A stretch of DNA of 63,986 bases, counting the filler, from Barthelona sp. PAP020 (lineage: Eukaryota), in the NCBI GenBank assembly GCA_040182905.1. It is 5 parts of 5 records of this genome, joined end to end, with 100 filler letters (N's around TTAATTAATTAA, not from the genome) between each part and the next. Parts side by side here need not be neighbours in the genome. Positions count along the whole stretch, not along the records: positions 13,805 to 27,393 come from JARQWU010000318.1; positions 27,494 to 41,153 come from JARQWU010000319.1; 3 more parts are not named here. One strand, 5' to 3'. Shown in pieces: positions 22,674 through 31,962 of this stretch. The notes beneath the pieces were generated by a model. That model was not told the DNA's origin, did no database searches, and was given only the letters and a program-made list of their open reading frames with translations. Position 1 is the stretch's first letter; every line of letters begins with the position of its first letter. The position numbers and the translations under genes were made by a program.

Positions 22674-25475
22674 ATGGATAATATTTTTGATACCTTTCAA
22701 AAAGATTCTGTTGAATACACTGCGTTAGTGAATGAGACCAATGAAGTAATTGTGACTCAAAAAATTGAAGATACTGTTACAGAATTGGCGAAATTTAATA
22801 ATTTCAAAGAAAATATTGTGTGTGTTGCATTACATCGTACTGTACAAAATATTATTGCAATTGGTCTTGAATCTGGATCTGTTTTTGTGTGCAATTACAA
22901 AGCTCAAAAAATTTTGATCCCGAACATTCAATCTTTGCCTTCCGGTTCTAAATTATCTGATTTACAATGGAGTCCTACCTCTGGTGTATTATTTTTTGTT
23001 TTGTCTTCTTCTGAAAAACCTGTTTTAAGATCATTTAATCTACGTTCTCATCAAAAGTTCGAAAAAGAATTTTTGTTGCCCTCTAATGGAAGGTCTTTTG
23101 AATTTTTGCCTAATTCTTGGTTTGACAACACTTCTTCAGAAGTTATTGTCATTTCATGTGAAAATGGTTTAGGTTTTGTTCATATTAACAAGGGTATTTC
23201 TCATTTATTGGGATTTTATGAAATTTCTTTTGATTCTTTTAAGTTTCATGAGACACCCGGTATGTTCTATCTTTATCAGGAAAATGGTATGAGAACCATA
23301 TATTTTGACAGATTAGACCCCAATCCAGAAGTTAAGGAGATTGATCCTTCTGAGTATGCTGACTTAACATCTTTTAAGTTACCTTGGGTAAAGAAAAGAT
23401 TGAGTTCTTACGCAAAGTTGATCTGTTCTCCAACTGGCACTGCAGTTACGTTATTTGATAATGAAATTAAGGCTTGTAAACTGGACCCTAATGTTGTCAA
23501 TGATGTTGATATCAGTGCATTGGAGCTTGCTTTATCTGATAAAGCTAATTCAAACAGAGAGGTTGTGTTTGAATCTTTGGAACCCAAAAGAGGTACCCCT
23601 GAATTTGTTTTACAGCAATTATATAAGTCTCGTAATATCAAGGATCAAAACGATGTAATCTTAAAAGTTTTGAACATTGTAAAGAAGGACGAAAGTGAAA
23701 TTAGTCAAGAAGTTTCTCAAGAAACTGCTGGTTTGGGAGATGAAGCTTTTTTCTCAACTCTCAATGATATTGTCCCTGAGAATACTCAACAAGAATTGGA
23801 TGATGCGAACTTTTTTGAGACAATTGAAAATACTACTGTTGATGCCACCAAATCCTTTACGGATAAGATTAGACACCATTTTTCTCTTAACGAATGTAAA
23901 GAAGCCCTTTTTGAGCTTGTAGAAGCTGGAAACTTAGCAGAAGCATTGATCATTGCTCAATTCGATCGAGAATTGTTAAACGAAGTGACTTCCAAAGCAT
24001 TGGCCTATTTACCAAACGAAGTAAGGTTCTATTCATCTTTATTAAAGAAAGAGTTAAAGGATGACGAGTTATTTGAGTACATTCAACAAAATGAGAATTC
24101 AAATTGGAAAGAATCAGTTGCTTCTATCCTGAATCATGTGTCTTCCTCTAAAATTGAATTAAGAAAAGCTTGTTTCAAGGAACTTATTGATAAATGTGTT
24201 GACGTTGAAGATAATGTTGCTATTAAAATTGCATTAGTTGCAAAAGATTTCAACAATATTTTTGAATTATGGGGAAAGCATATCTATCAAAATCTTCCCT
24301 TGCATGTGAGCATGAATTTCTTGTTGTTGTTAGCTGATTATTGTGGAGAAAAGATAGATATTGGAAACTATGCGCCTCATGGCTTGAAGAATACCATTAA
24401 AAAATTAATTGCTATGGGCGATGTAATTTTGGCAAAACTTCTAGCAACTACATTCAAAGTTACTGGTTTTGAATCCTTTTTTACCACTGAACCTACTCTT
24501 ACTCTCCATTCATCAACTTCAAAGAAATCTGCAAGACAAGTTAATCGTCCAAGTGCTAATTTGAACAATTACAGTGCACAACCAAAGGCACAACATGCTA
24601 CTCAACCAATTGTATCTAAATTAGATGTTAAGGAAGTGAAGAGCGATATTAAACCAGCTTCTTCATCTTTTTCTTTACCTCCTGAACCTGAGAATGCAAG
24701 AAAAGCAATTAAACCTACTAATCAATACAATCGTATGCCAGATAATCGTTTTGTCTCTAATCCTGTCAGTGCTAACCCTATATTTGGAGTTACACAACCT
24801 CAACCCTTAACAACCCAAACTACATTTCAAGCACCTGCTGATCTAAAGAAGTTTACTCCACCAGAAACTACTGTGACACAAAGCATTCCTCAACCTGTAA
24901 ATATCAGTCATGTCTCATCAATGGGTAATGTTACTCAACCTCAAGTACAACATGGACAAGCCAGCATGGGAACTATGGGATATGGACAAGAACCAGTTAA
25001 TCAAGCTGGGTATGGATACTCCACTGCTGCCATGATGACTACACCTACTACACCTCAATTCCAAGCTCCTATTTCTAACATGAACATGATTTCTCCTAAT
25101 TATCCTGGTGTGTCACAACCTGAGGAAGCTGATTTTGATGATTTAGTTGAAGAAGTTGCCCAAGTGAAGGATAAAATTGGTGCTTTGAATGTACCTGGGA
25201 ACATTGTTCCGATTAAGAACAGTTTGTGTGTTTTGCTTGAAAGATTGATTGAAAACCCCAACAAACATTTGAGTAATTTCCACAAGGTTCCCATTGAAAT
25301 TTGTTTGAATGAATTGGTTAATGGAGAGCACAATTCTGACACTATCACTTCTGTTGACGAATTGTTGGAAGCTATCATTCAGGGTAATAAAGTTCGAGTT
25401 TCAACGGTCAGCAAGAATTTGAGAAGTCATCCCAACCTTTCCAAATTGAAATCTTTACAACACATGACAAAATGA
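22674..25475 (+). CDS. SEC31: Divergent COPII outer coat protein Sec31-like
   Basis: N-terminal WD40-like region (IIAIGLESGSVFV, LQWSP); ACE1-like NLAEALIIAQ and NWKESVASIL; P/Q/T-rich low-complexity region; C-terminal helical domain. Confidence 0.7.
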   Translation: MDNIFDTFQKDSVEYTALVNETNEVIVTQKIEDTVTELAKFNNFKENIVCVALHRTVQNIIAIGLESGSVFVCNYKAQKILIPNIQSLPSGSKLSDLQWSPTSGVLFFVLSSSEKPVLRSFNLRSHQKFEKEFLLPSNGRSFEFLPNSWFDNTSSEVIVISCENGLGFVHINKGISHLLGFYEISFDSFKFHETPGMFYLYQENGMRTIYFDRLDPNPEVKEIDPSEYADLTSFKLPWVKKRLSSYAKLICSPTGTAVTLFDNEIKACKLDPNVVNDVDISALELALSDKANSNREVVFESLEPKRGTPEFVLQQLYKSRNIKDQNDVILKVLNIVKKDESEISQEVSQETAGLGDEAFFSTLNDIVPENTQQELDDANFFETIENTTVDATKSFTDKIRHHFSLNECKEALFELVEAGNLAEALIIAQFDRELLNEVTSKALAYLPNEVRFYSSLLKKELKDDELFEYIQQNENSNWKESVASILNHVSSSKIELRKACFKELIDKCVDVEDNVAIKIALVAKDFNNIFELWGKHIYQNLPLHVSMNFLLLLADYCGEKIDIGNYAPHGLKNTIKKLIAMGDVILAKLLATTFKVTGFESFFTTEPTLTLHSSTSKKSARQVNRPSANLNNYSAQPKAQHATQPIVSKLDVKEVKSDIKPASSSFSLPPEPENARKAIKPTNQYNRMPDNRFVSNPVSANPIFGVTQPQPLTTQTTFQAPADLKKFTPPETTVTQSIPQPVNISHVSSMGNVTQPQVQHGQASMGTMGYGQEPVNQAGYGYSTAAMMTTPTTPQFQAPISNMNMISPNYPGVSQPEEADFDDLVEEVAQVKDKIGALNVPGNIVPIKNSLCVLLERLIENPNKHLSNFHKVPIEICLNELVNGEHNSDTITSVDELLEAIIQGNKVRVSTVSKNLRSHPNLSKLKSLQHMTK

Positions 25476-25817
25476 TTTTTTTGATAAAAAGTGTGCTTTA
25501 TTATTTTTTCAATGAATATTTCCACATGAATTGATGAAAGAGAGATGAATAAAATAATTTTGATAAAACGGCTTTGTTTTAGTGGTAACAAATTATTTTC
25601 AAAGGTTATATGATACGTCAAAGTTAAAGGAAGTGATCTTCTCCTTGAACATACTTTTATCATCTCTTTTGCATCATCAACTCTGTAATTCTGTAATTTT
25701 CCCTTCTTATTCATTTTCCCTTTGAACAAATGACAACTAAAAAAGATAATTAACAATTAAAAATAGAAATGAAAAGCAGGCAATTTACAGATTTATTTTT
25801 GTTACGATTTTTTCAAT

Positions 25818-27137
25818 TCATAAATTCCAATTGATATATTCTTTGGTTTCACACATTTTGTATTCATCAACAACATCTTCAATAATGTGTCGGGCAGAAG
25901 GAAACTCTTCTTCAGCTTCAAATCCTTCTACATTGTTGAAATTATAGACAAAGGATTGTTTATCATACATCTTTGAGAATTCTTGTAAATTCTTTTCAAA
26001 TAGTTTCTTAACTCCTGTGTGATTGGCTAACATTAATCCAGTAACCTTATGTTGACTTTGAATTAAAGGAGATCGTTTAGACAGAGCAATATGTATTGAT
26101 GTTGGGCCCCATGGAACAAAACGAACATTATTTAAGTTCGGAATGCTGGTAATTGCCTTATGAACTTCAGTAGGATTTGTTTCTCCTTGAATGATGTCTA
26201 GAATGGAAACAAAAGCCCCATCTTTTAAACTGGTCGACATCATGATGTTGTTCGGTTGTAATAATCTTCTTACCACATTTGTAACGGTTGTCTTTGGAAT
26301 GGTTTGTGATAATCTGGCAGTAACCAATGGAGTATAACTTGCCATTAAAAAGTGTAATCTGGGCGTGGGAATAAGGGTACTCACAAGAGACACCAAATCA
26401 TTATTCATAAAAGATGGATATCTAAGTGTGTTTGTTGAAGCGGCCATAACAGTTGCAATAAGAGAATTTGTTTCAGCAATGGATGTTTGTTTACTGGTAA
26501 TTCTTTCAGTAATATTATCCAAAGCAGCATTATCCAAAACTACTACATTATCCGCATGTTCAGCCAATCTTTTAGCTGTTAACATGCAATTATAAGGTTG
26601 TACAACAACATTTGAATCTTTGTTGGGAAAAACTGAATAGGTTTGAATAAGCTTTTTGGGGTATCTATCTTCTAATTGCTCCAACAACCAACTTCCCATT
26701 CCAGAACCAGTACCTCCTCCAATTGAATGCGTTAAACTGAAACCTTCAAGAGAATCACTACCTTCAGCTTCTCTTTCAAGCATTCTCAACAATTTTTCAG
26801 CATTTTTTTCTGCTTGAGCGTATCCTTCAGCCCAAATATTTCCAGCACCATCAGTAGCAGTAAAAATATTATCAGGATGGTAGAAACGACCCCAATCACT
26901 GGTAGTGATATTAGAAATAACTCTTGGTTCTAAATCCCACAATAAAGCACGAGGAATATAACGATTATCATCTCCTTGATAAAAGAATATGTCCTTTCGA
27001 TCACCAACAATTTCATTTTCAGGGTCAATTGTACCATCAGGATTAATTCCATGTTCTTTTGCTAATGTTTGCCAAAATTCACTTCCTACTTGATTACCAC
27101 ATTGTCCAACCTGAATCGAAATAATCTCACGAGGCAT
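25818..27137 (-). CDS. TUBG1: Gamma-tubulin
   Basis: MPREIISIQVGQCGNQVG start (ATG at 27137); DRKDIFFYQ, YIPRALL.DLEPRVI, HSIGGGTGSGMGS, RYPKKLIQTYSVFP, TLRYPSFMNNDL, GLMLANHT. Confidence 0.97.
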   Translation of the reverse strand: MPREIISIQVGQCGNQVGSEFWQTLAKEHGINPDGTIDPENEIVGDRKDIFFYQGDDNRYIPRALLWDLEPRVISNITTSDWGRFYHPDNIFTATDGAGNIWAEGYAQAEKNAEKLLRMLEREAEGSDSLEGFSLTHSIGGGTGSGMGSWLLEQLEDRYPKKLIQTYSVFPNKDSNVVVQPYNCMLTAKRLAEHADNVVVLDNAALDNITERITSKQTSIAETNSLIATVMAASTNTLRYPSFMNNDLVSLVSTLIPTPRLHFLMASYTPLVTARLSQTIPKTTVTNVVRRLLQPNNIMMSTSLKDGAFVSILDIIQGETNPTEVHKAITSIPNLNNVRFVPWGPTSIHIALSKRSPLIQSQHKVTGLMLANHTGVKKLFEKNLQEFSKMYDKQSFVYNFNNVEGFEAEEEFPSARHIIEDVVDEYKMCETKEYINWNL

Positions 27138-27393
27138 TTTCTTTAAAAAAATAAAAAATGAAAAATTTGCCATTTGTTGAAGTATTTTATTTTCAATAAA
27201 GTGCTGCTTTCTGTGAGATAAAAAAGTTGCTTTATGTTACATTTGACAAAAAAAATTCATTTGCCCAAAAACAGTTTTTTTGTCTTAAACATATGAAATT
27301 ATCACCAAAAAGGTTTCCCTTTTATTCTCCACCACCGATAATTAGTTTAAAGTATTCAAATCAAACGAAAAATCTTTATATCTTGAGAAAAAC

Positions 27394-27493
27394 NNNNNNN
27401 NNNNNNNNNNNNNNNNNNNNNNNNNNNNNNNNNNNNNTTAATTAATTAANNNNNNNNNNNNNNNNNNNNNNNNNNNNNNNNNNNNNNNNNNNN
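27394..27493. other. Artificial contig spacer
   Basis: N44-TTAATTAATTAA-N44. Confidence 0.98.
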
Positions 27494-27494
27494 C

Positions 27495-29015
27495 GAAGTG
27501 TCCAATCTAGGACCTGTACGTATACGTTCCAGATCTTTATTTGCAGCAATTGCCCAGAGATATGCTCAAGGTGTGCTTGCACACAAAGTGATAGAACATA
27601 CACCATTACGAGTTTATACCGAAGAGATGAAAGCTAACAGAATGACTTTATTAGCTCCTCAAATGGCGCCTACTGTTTGGAAGCTGTTAACTCCAGCTTT
27701 CGATAGAGAAGGGTACAATTTGGTAATTTTGGAGGATGGAGATAAGACGGAGATAATCGAGGAAGGATTGAGTTCTATCCATAATGACGCTTGTTATCCA
27801 TCATTAGTTGTAGCTGGACAGCTTTTAAGTGCTTTAAAATCAGGTAAGTATGATGTTGACAATGTGGGGATTATTATTTCAGAAACCGCTGGACAATGTC
27901 GTGCATCTAACTATGCTCCATTGCTTCGTAAAGCGCTTCAAGATAACAATTTGGGACAAGTTCCTGTTATCACCCTGGGCCCTCAAGGCTTAGAATCTCA
28001 CACTGGATTTAACATATCGGCAATGTTCCTTTTAAGATTTTTGCTGGCTGTTATTTTTGGCGATCTTATTGATCGTTGCACTTACAGGGTTCGACCATAT
28101 GAAATCAATAAAGGTGAAACAAATAAGCTGTATGAACATTTTATCACTGAATGTAACGAATTTCTTGAAACTTCCTGTCCCAGAAGTGGTTTCAGAAGAC
28201 TTGTACGAGAAATGGTACATAAGTTTCAAATTGTTCCCCGTAGTCATGAATTAAAGCCAAAAGTGGGTATTGTTGGTGAAATTTTAGTTAAATATCATCC
28301 TATTGCCAACAACAATGTTGTTGAATTCTTGGAATCTGAAGGTGTAGAGGTTGTTGTGCCTGATTTCTTGGATTTCTTTTATTATTGTTTCTTTGATGAT
28401 GTGACACGTAGGAAATTCCTTAATGGCACGTGGAAAGCAAAGATTATTTCAAAAGTAGTAATCAAATTCCTTGATTGGTACCGTAAAGTGGTTATTCAGG
28501 AATTGGATGGTAGTATCTTTGGTAAACCTCATTATATTGAGGATTCCGCTGAATTAGCATCCAAAGTATGTCATGTTTGTAATATTGCTGGAGAAGGATG
28601 GTTGTTAGTGTCTGAAATGATGGAGTTGATCGAATCTGGTTGTCCAAATATTTTACTCTTACAGCCTTTTGGCTGTTTGCCTAATCACGTCATTGGAAAG
28701 GCTATGATATTAAAGTTGAAGAAATTGTTCAACAAAGAGCCTATTGTTAATACTGATGAAGTATTTCAACATTCAAATCAACAAAGGGTCAATATTACAC
28801 CTATAGATTACGATCCTGGTGCATCTGAAGTGAATCAGATTTCCAGAATCAAATTGATGCTCACAGTGGCTTTCAAGAACATGAGAGAAAGCCATCTCAC
28901 TGGTCCTTTCAGAGGTTACACACCTGCAATTGATTTTGAGGAACTGAAGAACATTAGTTTGCTCAATGATGTTTTGCCTATTGCTTCAAAATCAATTGAA
29001 ATTGAAGATTTTTAA
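27495..29015 (+). CDS. 5'-truncated bacterial-type 2-hydroxyacyl-CoA dehydratase / CoA-substrate-specific activase fusion protein (C-terminal part)
   Basis: Open from the contig edge (EVSNLGPVRIRSRSL); HNDACYPSL.VAGQ, GQCRASNY, RVRPYE, KVGIVGEILVKYHP.ANN, GEGWLL, LQPFGCLPNHVIGK, IDYDPGASEVNQ..RIKLM, as in the large anaerobe activase/dehydratase fusions. Confidence 0.88.
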   Translation, partial: EVSNLGPVRIRSRSLFAAIAQRYAQGVLAHKVIEHTPLRVYTEEMKANRMTLLAPQMAPTVWKLLTPAFDREGYNLVILEDGDKTEIIEEGLSSIHNDACYPSLVVAGQLLSALKSGKYDVDNVGIIISETAGQCRASNYAPLLRKALQDNNLGQVPVITLGPQGLESHTGFNISAMFLLRFLLAVIFGDLIDRCTYRVRPYEINKGETNKLYEHFITECNEFLETSCPRSGFRRLVREMVHKFQIVPRSHELKPKVGIVGEILVKYHPIANNNVVEFLESEGVEVVVPDFLDFFYYCFFDDVTRRKFLNGTWKAKIISKVVIKFLDWYRKVVIQELDGSIFGKPHYIEDSAELASKVCHVCNIAGEGWLLVSEMMELIESGCPNILLLQPFGCLPNHVIGKAMILKLKKLFNKEPIVNTDEVFQHSNQQRVNITPIDYDPGASEVNQISRIKLMLTVAFKNMRESHLTGPFRGYTPAIDFEELKNISLLNDVLPIASKSIEIEDF

Positions 29016-29064
29016 ATATTATGGTGTCTATATATTTTTGAGTGAAAAATTCTCTGTTTTTTTT

Positions 29065-29090
29065 GGCGGATTGGTTGATCCGCCCTTTTT
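29065..29090 (+). terminator. Intrinsic-terminator-like GC hairpin plus T-tract
   Basis: GGCGGATT-GGTT-GATCCGCC-CTTTTT, 50 nt after the stop codon of the bacterial-type gene. Function in a eukaryote is unproven. Confidence 0.35.
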
Positions 29091-29172
29091 CAACTTGGAG
29101 ATAAATTTTTGTGAATTTTTTTTAACTAAAAGAAAGAAAAGAAAAGAATGTTTTATTTATCATGGATTTACA

Positions 29173-29889
29173 CTAGTAATTCAAAAGATCAAAGCAATTA
29201 TCAATTTCGACTGGTTTTTTCACCTTTTCTTCTTTATTTTTGGTTAACACATCCCATTTTGTTCCATCATTGATTTGATTTTCACTTATTCTTATTTTTT
29301 CTTCTTGAACTTTTTTCTTTGCTTTGTTGCCATTTTGATTTGGTGGTATGAAAATTATTTCTCCGTTTTTATGGATGATTTCCCCAGAATTATCATTTGA
29401 ATCAAGCTGAGGAGTTCTCTTTAAATCAACTTTATCAAATGTTCCTCGTAAAAAATAATCTCTCAGATGAGGATTAATTCCTTCAGCAATAAGAAAGAAG
29501 TTTTTGTCATGTTTGAAAGCTTCTTGAGATTCAGAATGTTCCCAAAAAGACTTTGTTTCCGGTAAATAAAGCATTTGTTCATTTGGTGGTGGATGACCAA
29601 GTGGATTAAATATTTCATGATACCAAATGCTATCTTTAGGTCGAATGATTTCTCCATGTAAAGCTTTTTGTGAATTTTCTTTATTAATTTTTAACAAATT
29701 CTCTGCTTTCTCTTTAAATTCTCGCATTATTTGCAATCGAAATTTTTGTGAGGTAGTAAAACATTGTTTCTGATTTCTCAATTCAAAAATAGCTAAATCT
29801 GTTAAAAATTGTTCAGGATCATCGTTAACTCTTTCTTCTATTTCAACAAATGTTTTTGATCGTTGTTTTTTCTTTTTAAACGTATTCAT
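29173..29889 (-). CDS. WBP11-like splicing factor (divergent)
   Basis: Basic N-terminus, then DDPEQFL; motif PKDSIWYHEIFNPLGHPPPNEQMLY resembles the SxYYHPxLNPxGxPPP motif of WBP11 homologs. First ATG at 29889. Confidence 0.6.
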   Translation of the reverse strand: MNTFKKKKQRSKTFVEIEERVNDDPEQFLTDLAIFELRNQKQCFTTSQKFRLQIMREFKEKAENLLKINKENSQKALHGEIIRPKDSIWYHEIFNPLGHPPPNEQMLYLPETKSFWEHSESQEAFKHDKNFFLIAEGINPHLRDYFLRGTFDKVDLKRTPQLDSNDNSGEIIHKNGEIIFIPPNQNGNKAKKKVQEEKIRISENQINDGTKWDVLTKNKEEKVKKPVEIDNCFDLLNY

Positions 29890-30090
29890 AACTTCATAGG
29901 ATGAGAATATTGAATCAAATAACAATTATTTAATTTTCACAATTTTTTTTTTTTGGAGTATCACAAAAAATTAAATTTTAGGTTATTCAATGTAAGTTTT
30001 TTCACATTTAATCAATAAAAAACATAAAAACAAAATTTATTTAAATCAAACAAAACAATTTTAAAGAAATATTCATTAACCGAATTTTTT

Positions 30091-31692
30091 TTATAAAGGA
30101 CCTTTGTAATCAAAACCTGGATCATTGTCTTCAGTTTCTTTTTCAGGATTATTTATGGTACAAGTTAACCAAAAACCGAAGAGTAAACTCAAAACAACAA
30201 AAGCAATATTGGAAACAAATGCAACAAAAGAAACAAAAGTGTGACTGAACATCATTTCATGCATGATAAAGAATTTGGTGGGTCTACAATATTTAAGATA
30301 ATAATCTTCTTTTGAAATGAAAGGGGGTGGAGTCACAATTGAACCATTTCTTGGTAAGACATAACAGTCTTCTTTGTTGTTGATTATGACATTATTATCA
30401 GTGCTGTTATACAAAGGAAAAGTTTGACTGCCAAAAGAAACATAATTAGGCATCAATATGAAAAGAATTTGGAAGAAGCCAAACAAAGTAACAGCAAAAA
30501 TGACCCCCAAGATTAAGATTCCTTGGATTCTTGTATTTCCAGCACGAATCGAAAAAATTTCACAACAGAAGAAACGAATACCCATCTTACGAATACCAAA
30601 TAACACTCCAATAATGACAACCAAACATAAACTTAACAACAAAGCATAATCCAAATATTTTCCTGAAAGTAACACGAATAGCTTATCAAAAACGTTAATC
30701 ATGGGTATTTTGATTGGCATTTTATAATCAATACCATAATCCGAGTAATTGGAAACAATAGATACAAACAACGAGTAAATCACACTTAAACTCAAAAATA
30801 AGGCAAAAATACCTAGAATAACCATTAAAGGTGAAAGTCCACGGATGCATGCAGTGCATGTTTTTCCCGCTTTAGATGCACGACCAAGTAAATCGTCATC
30901 GCTATCCAGAACATCATCTTTAGTGGGGTTTCGTAATAAACGCTGTCTTTTATTAGCGTAGTCATCATAATCGTCAATATTATTGTTATTGGATCGTTCA
31001 ATATTGACAGCAGATTTGTATTTTCCTTTGTATTTCTTTTCTGTCAAAGGATAATCTTTGATTTCTACCATATCATTATCCTTACCATAACAAGGAGTGA
31101 AAATTAACCTTAAAGGAATAAATACTATTCCATAGGACCCATAATAAGCCCATCCAACAAATCCTAAGACACAAAGGAAACCAATAACAAAAGTTAAAAC
31201 CTTATAAAAGGTGTTTTCCAATTTCGTTCCATCAAAAATGGTAGCATCATCTCTATTGGACATAATAGTTCCAAAAGCAATAATTACAGCTAACACAATA
31301 ACAAAAACAATTGTGTATTTCAATGCAGTTGCAAATGGTGTGTTATTATCATTATATTCATCCTTTTCTTCAAAATAGAAATAAGAAAATGGAGTAATAA
31401 TGAATAATTGAATAACAAGGACAATACCACCAGAGGTCATAGCAATATTAATTATATTTCCAAAAAATTCATAAGACGAACCAGTGTTTTCACTTACATT
31501 CAATATATCTAAAGGTATTAAACAAAAGAATAATAAAGTTAAAAGAATATTAAAGGTAGCAACAAGTCTTGTGCCAAAAGAAGATTCTTCCTTGGAAGAA
31601 TACATTCGTACAAAAATTGTTGAAAATAACAAAGAAAAAACAGCAGCTACTAATGATACAATAGTATATAATGAAAAAGTTAGCGTTGCCAT
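30091..31692 (-). CDS. LMBR1-domain multi-pass membrane protein (LMBRD1-like)
   Basis: About 9 TM segments; LIPLDI, PFSYFYFEE, ALKYT, YGSYGIVFIPL.LI, MPNYVSFGSQ. Confidence 0.85.
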   Translation of the reverse strand: MATLTFSLYTIVSLVAAVFSLLFSTIFVRMYSSKEESSFGTRLVATFNILLTLLFFCLIPLDILNVSENTGSSYEFFGNIINIAMTSGGIVLVIQLFIITPFSYFYFEEKDEYNDNNTPFATALKYTIVFVIVLAVIIAFGTIMSNRDDATIFDGTKLENTFYKVLTFVIGFLCVLGFVGWAYYGSYGIVFIPLRLIFTPCYGKDNDMVEIKDYPLTEKKYKGKYKSAVNIERSNNNNIDDYDDYANKRQRLLRNPTKDDVLDSDDDLLGRASKAGKTCTACIRGLSPLMVILGIFALFLSLSVIYSLFVSIVSNYSDYGIDYKMPIKIPMINVFDKLFVLLSGKYLDYALLLSLCLVVIIGVLFGIRKMGIRFFCCEIFSIRAGNTRIQGILILGVIFAVTLFGFFQILFILMPNYVSFGSQTFPLYNSTDNNVIINNKEDCYVLPRNGSIVTPPPFISKEDYYLKYCRPTKFFIMHEMMFSHTFVSFVAFVSNIAFVVLSLLFGFWLTCTINNPEKETEDNDPGFDYKGPL

Positions 31693-31962
31693 AATATCAA
31701 ATGAAAAAAAAAATATATCTTTACAAATCCATTCTTAAAGAGCAAATAAAAAATCTTAAAGATTTTAAAAAAAGAAGATTTAGTTCAAATCTGCAAAATA
31801 ATCTGAAGAATATGTAAGTGTTAAACAATTATCAAACATTATTCCCTTTTTTTTTTTCTTTCTTTCTTTCTTCCAAAAAGTCTTTTTTTTTTGTTAATAA
31901 TAAAACAAAAAATTAAGAAAAAAATATTTATACAAACAAAATTTCAATCTACTTGAAGAAAA

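Noticed and set aside
27138..27173. N-terminal extensions in the ORF track (gamma-tubulin MANFSFF..., also GTG/TTG starts for BLTP1, eIF4G, PSMB1, XRCC3-like)
   Set aside because: The extensions are translated A/T-rich upstream DNA; conserved or first ATG starts lie downstream.
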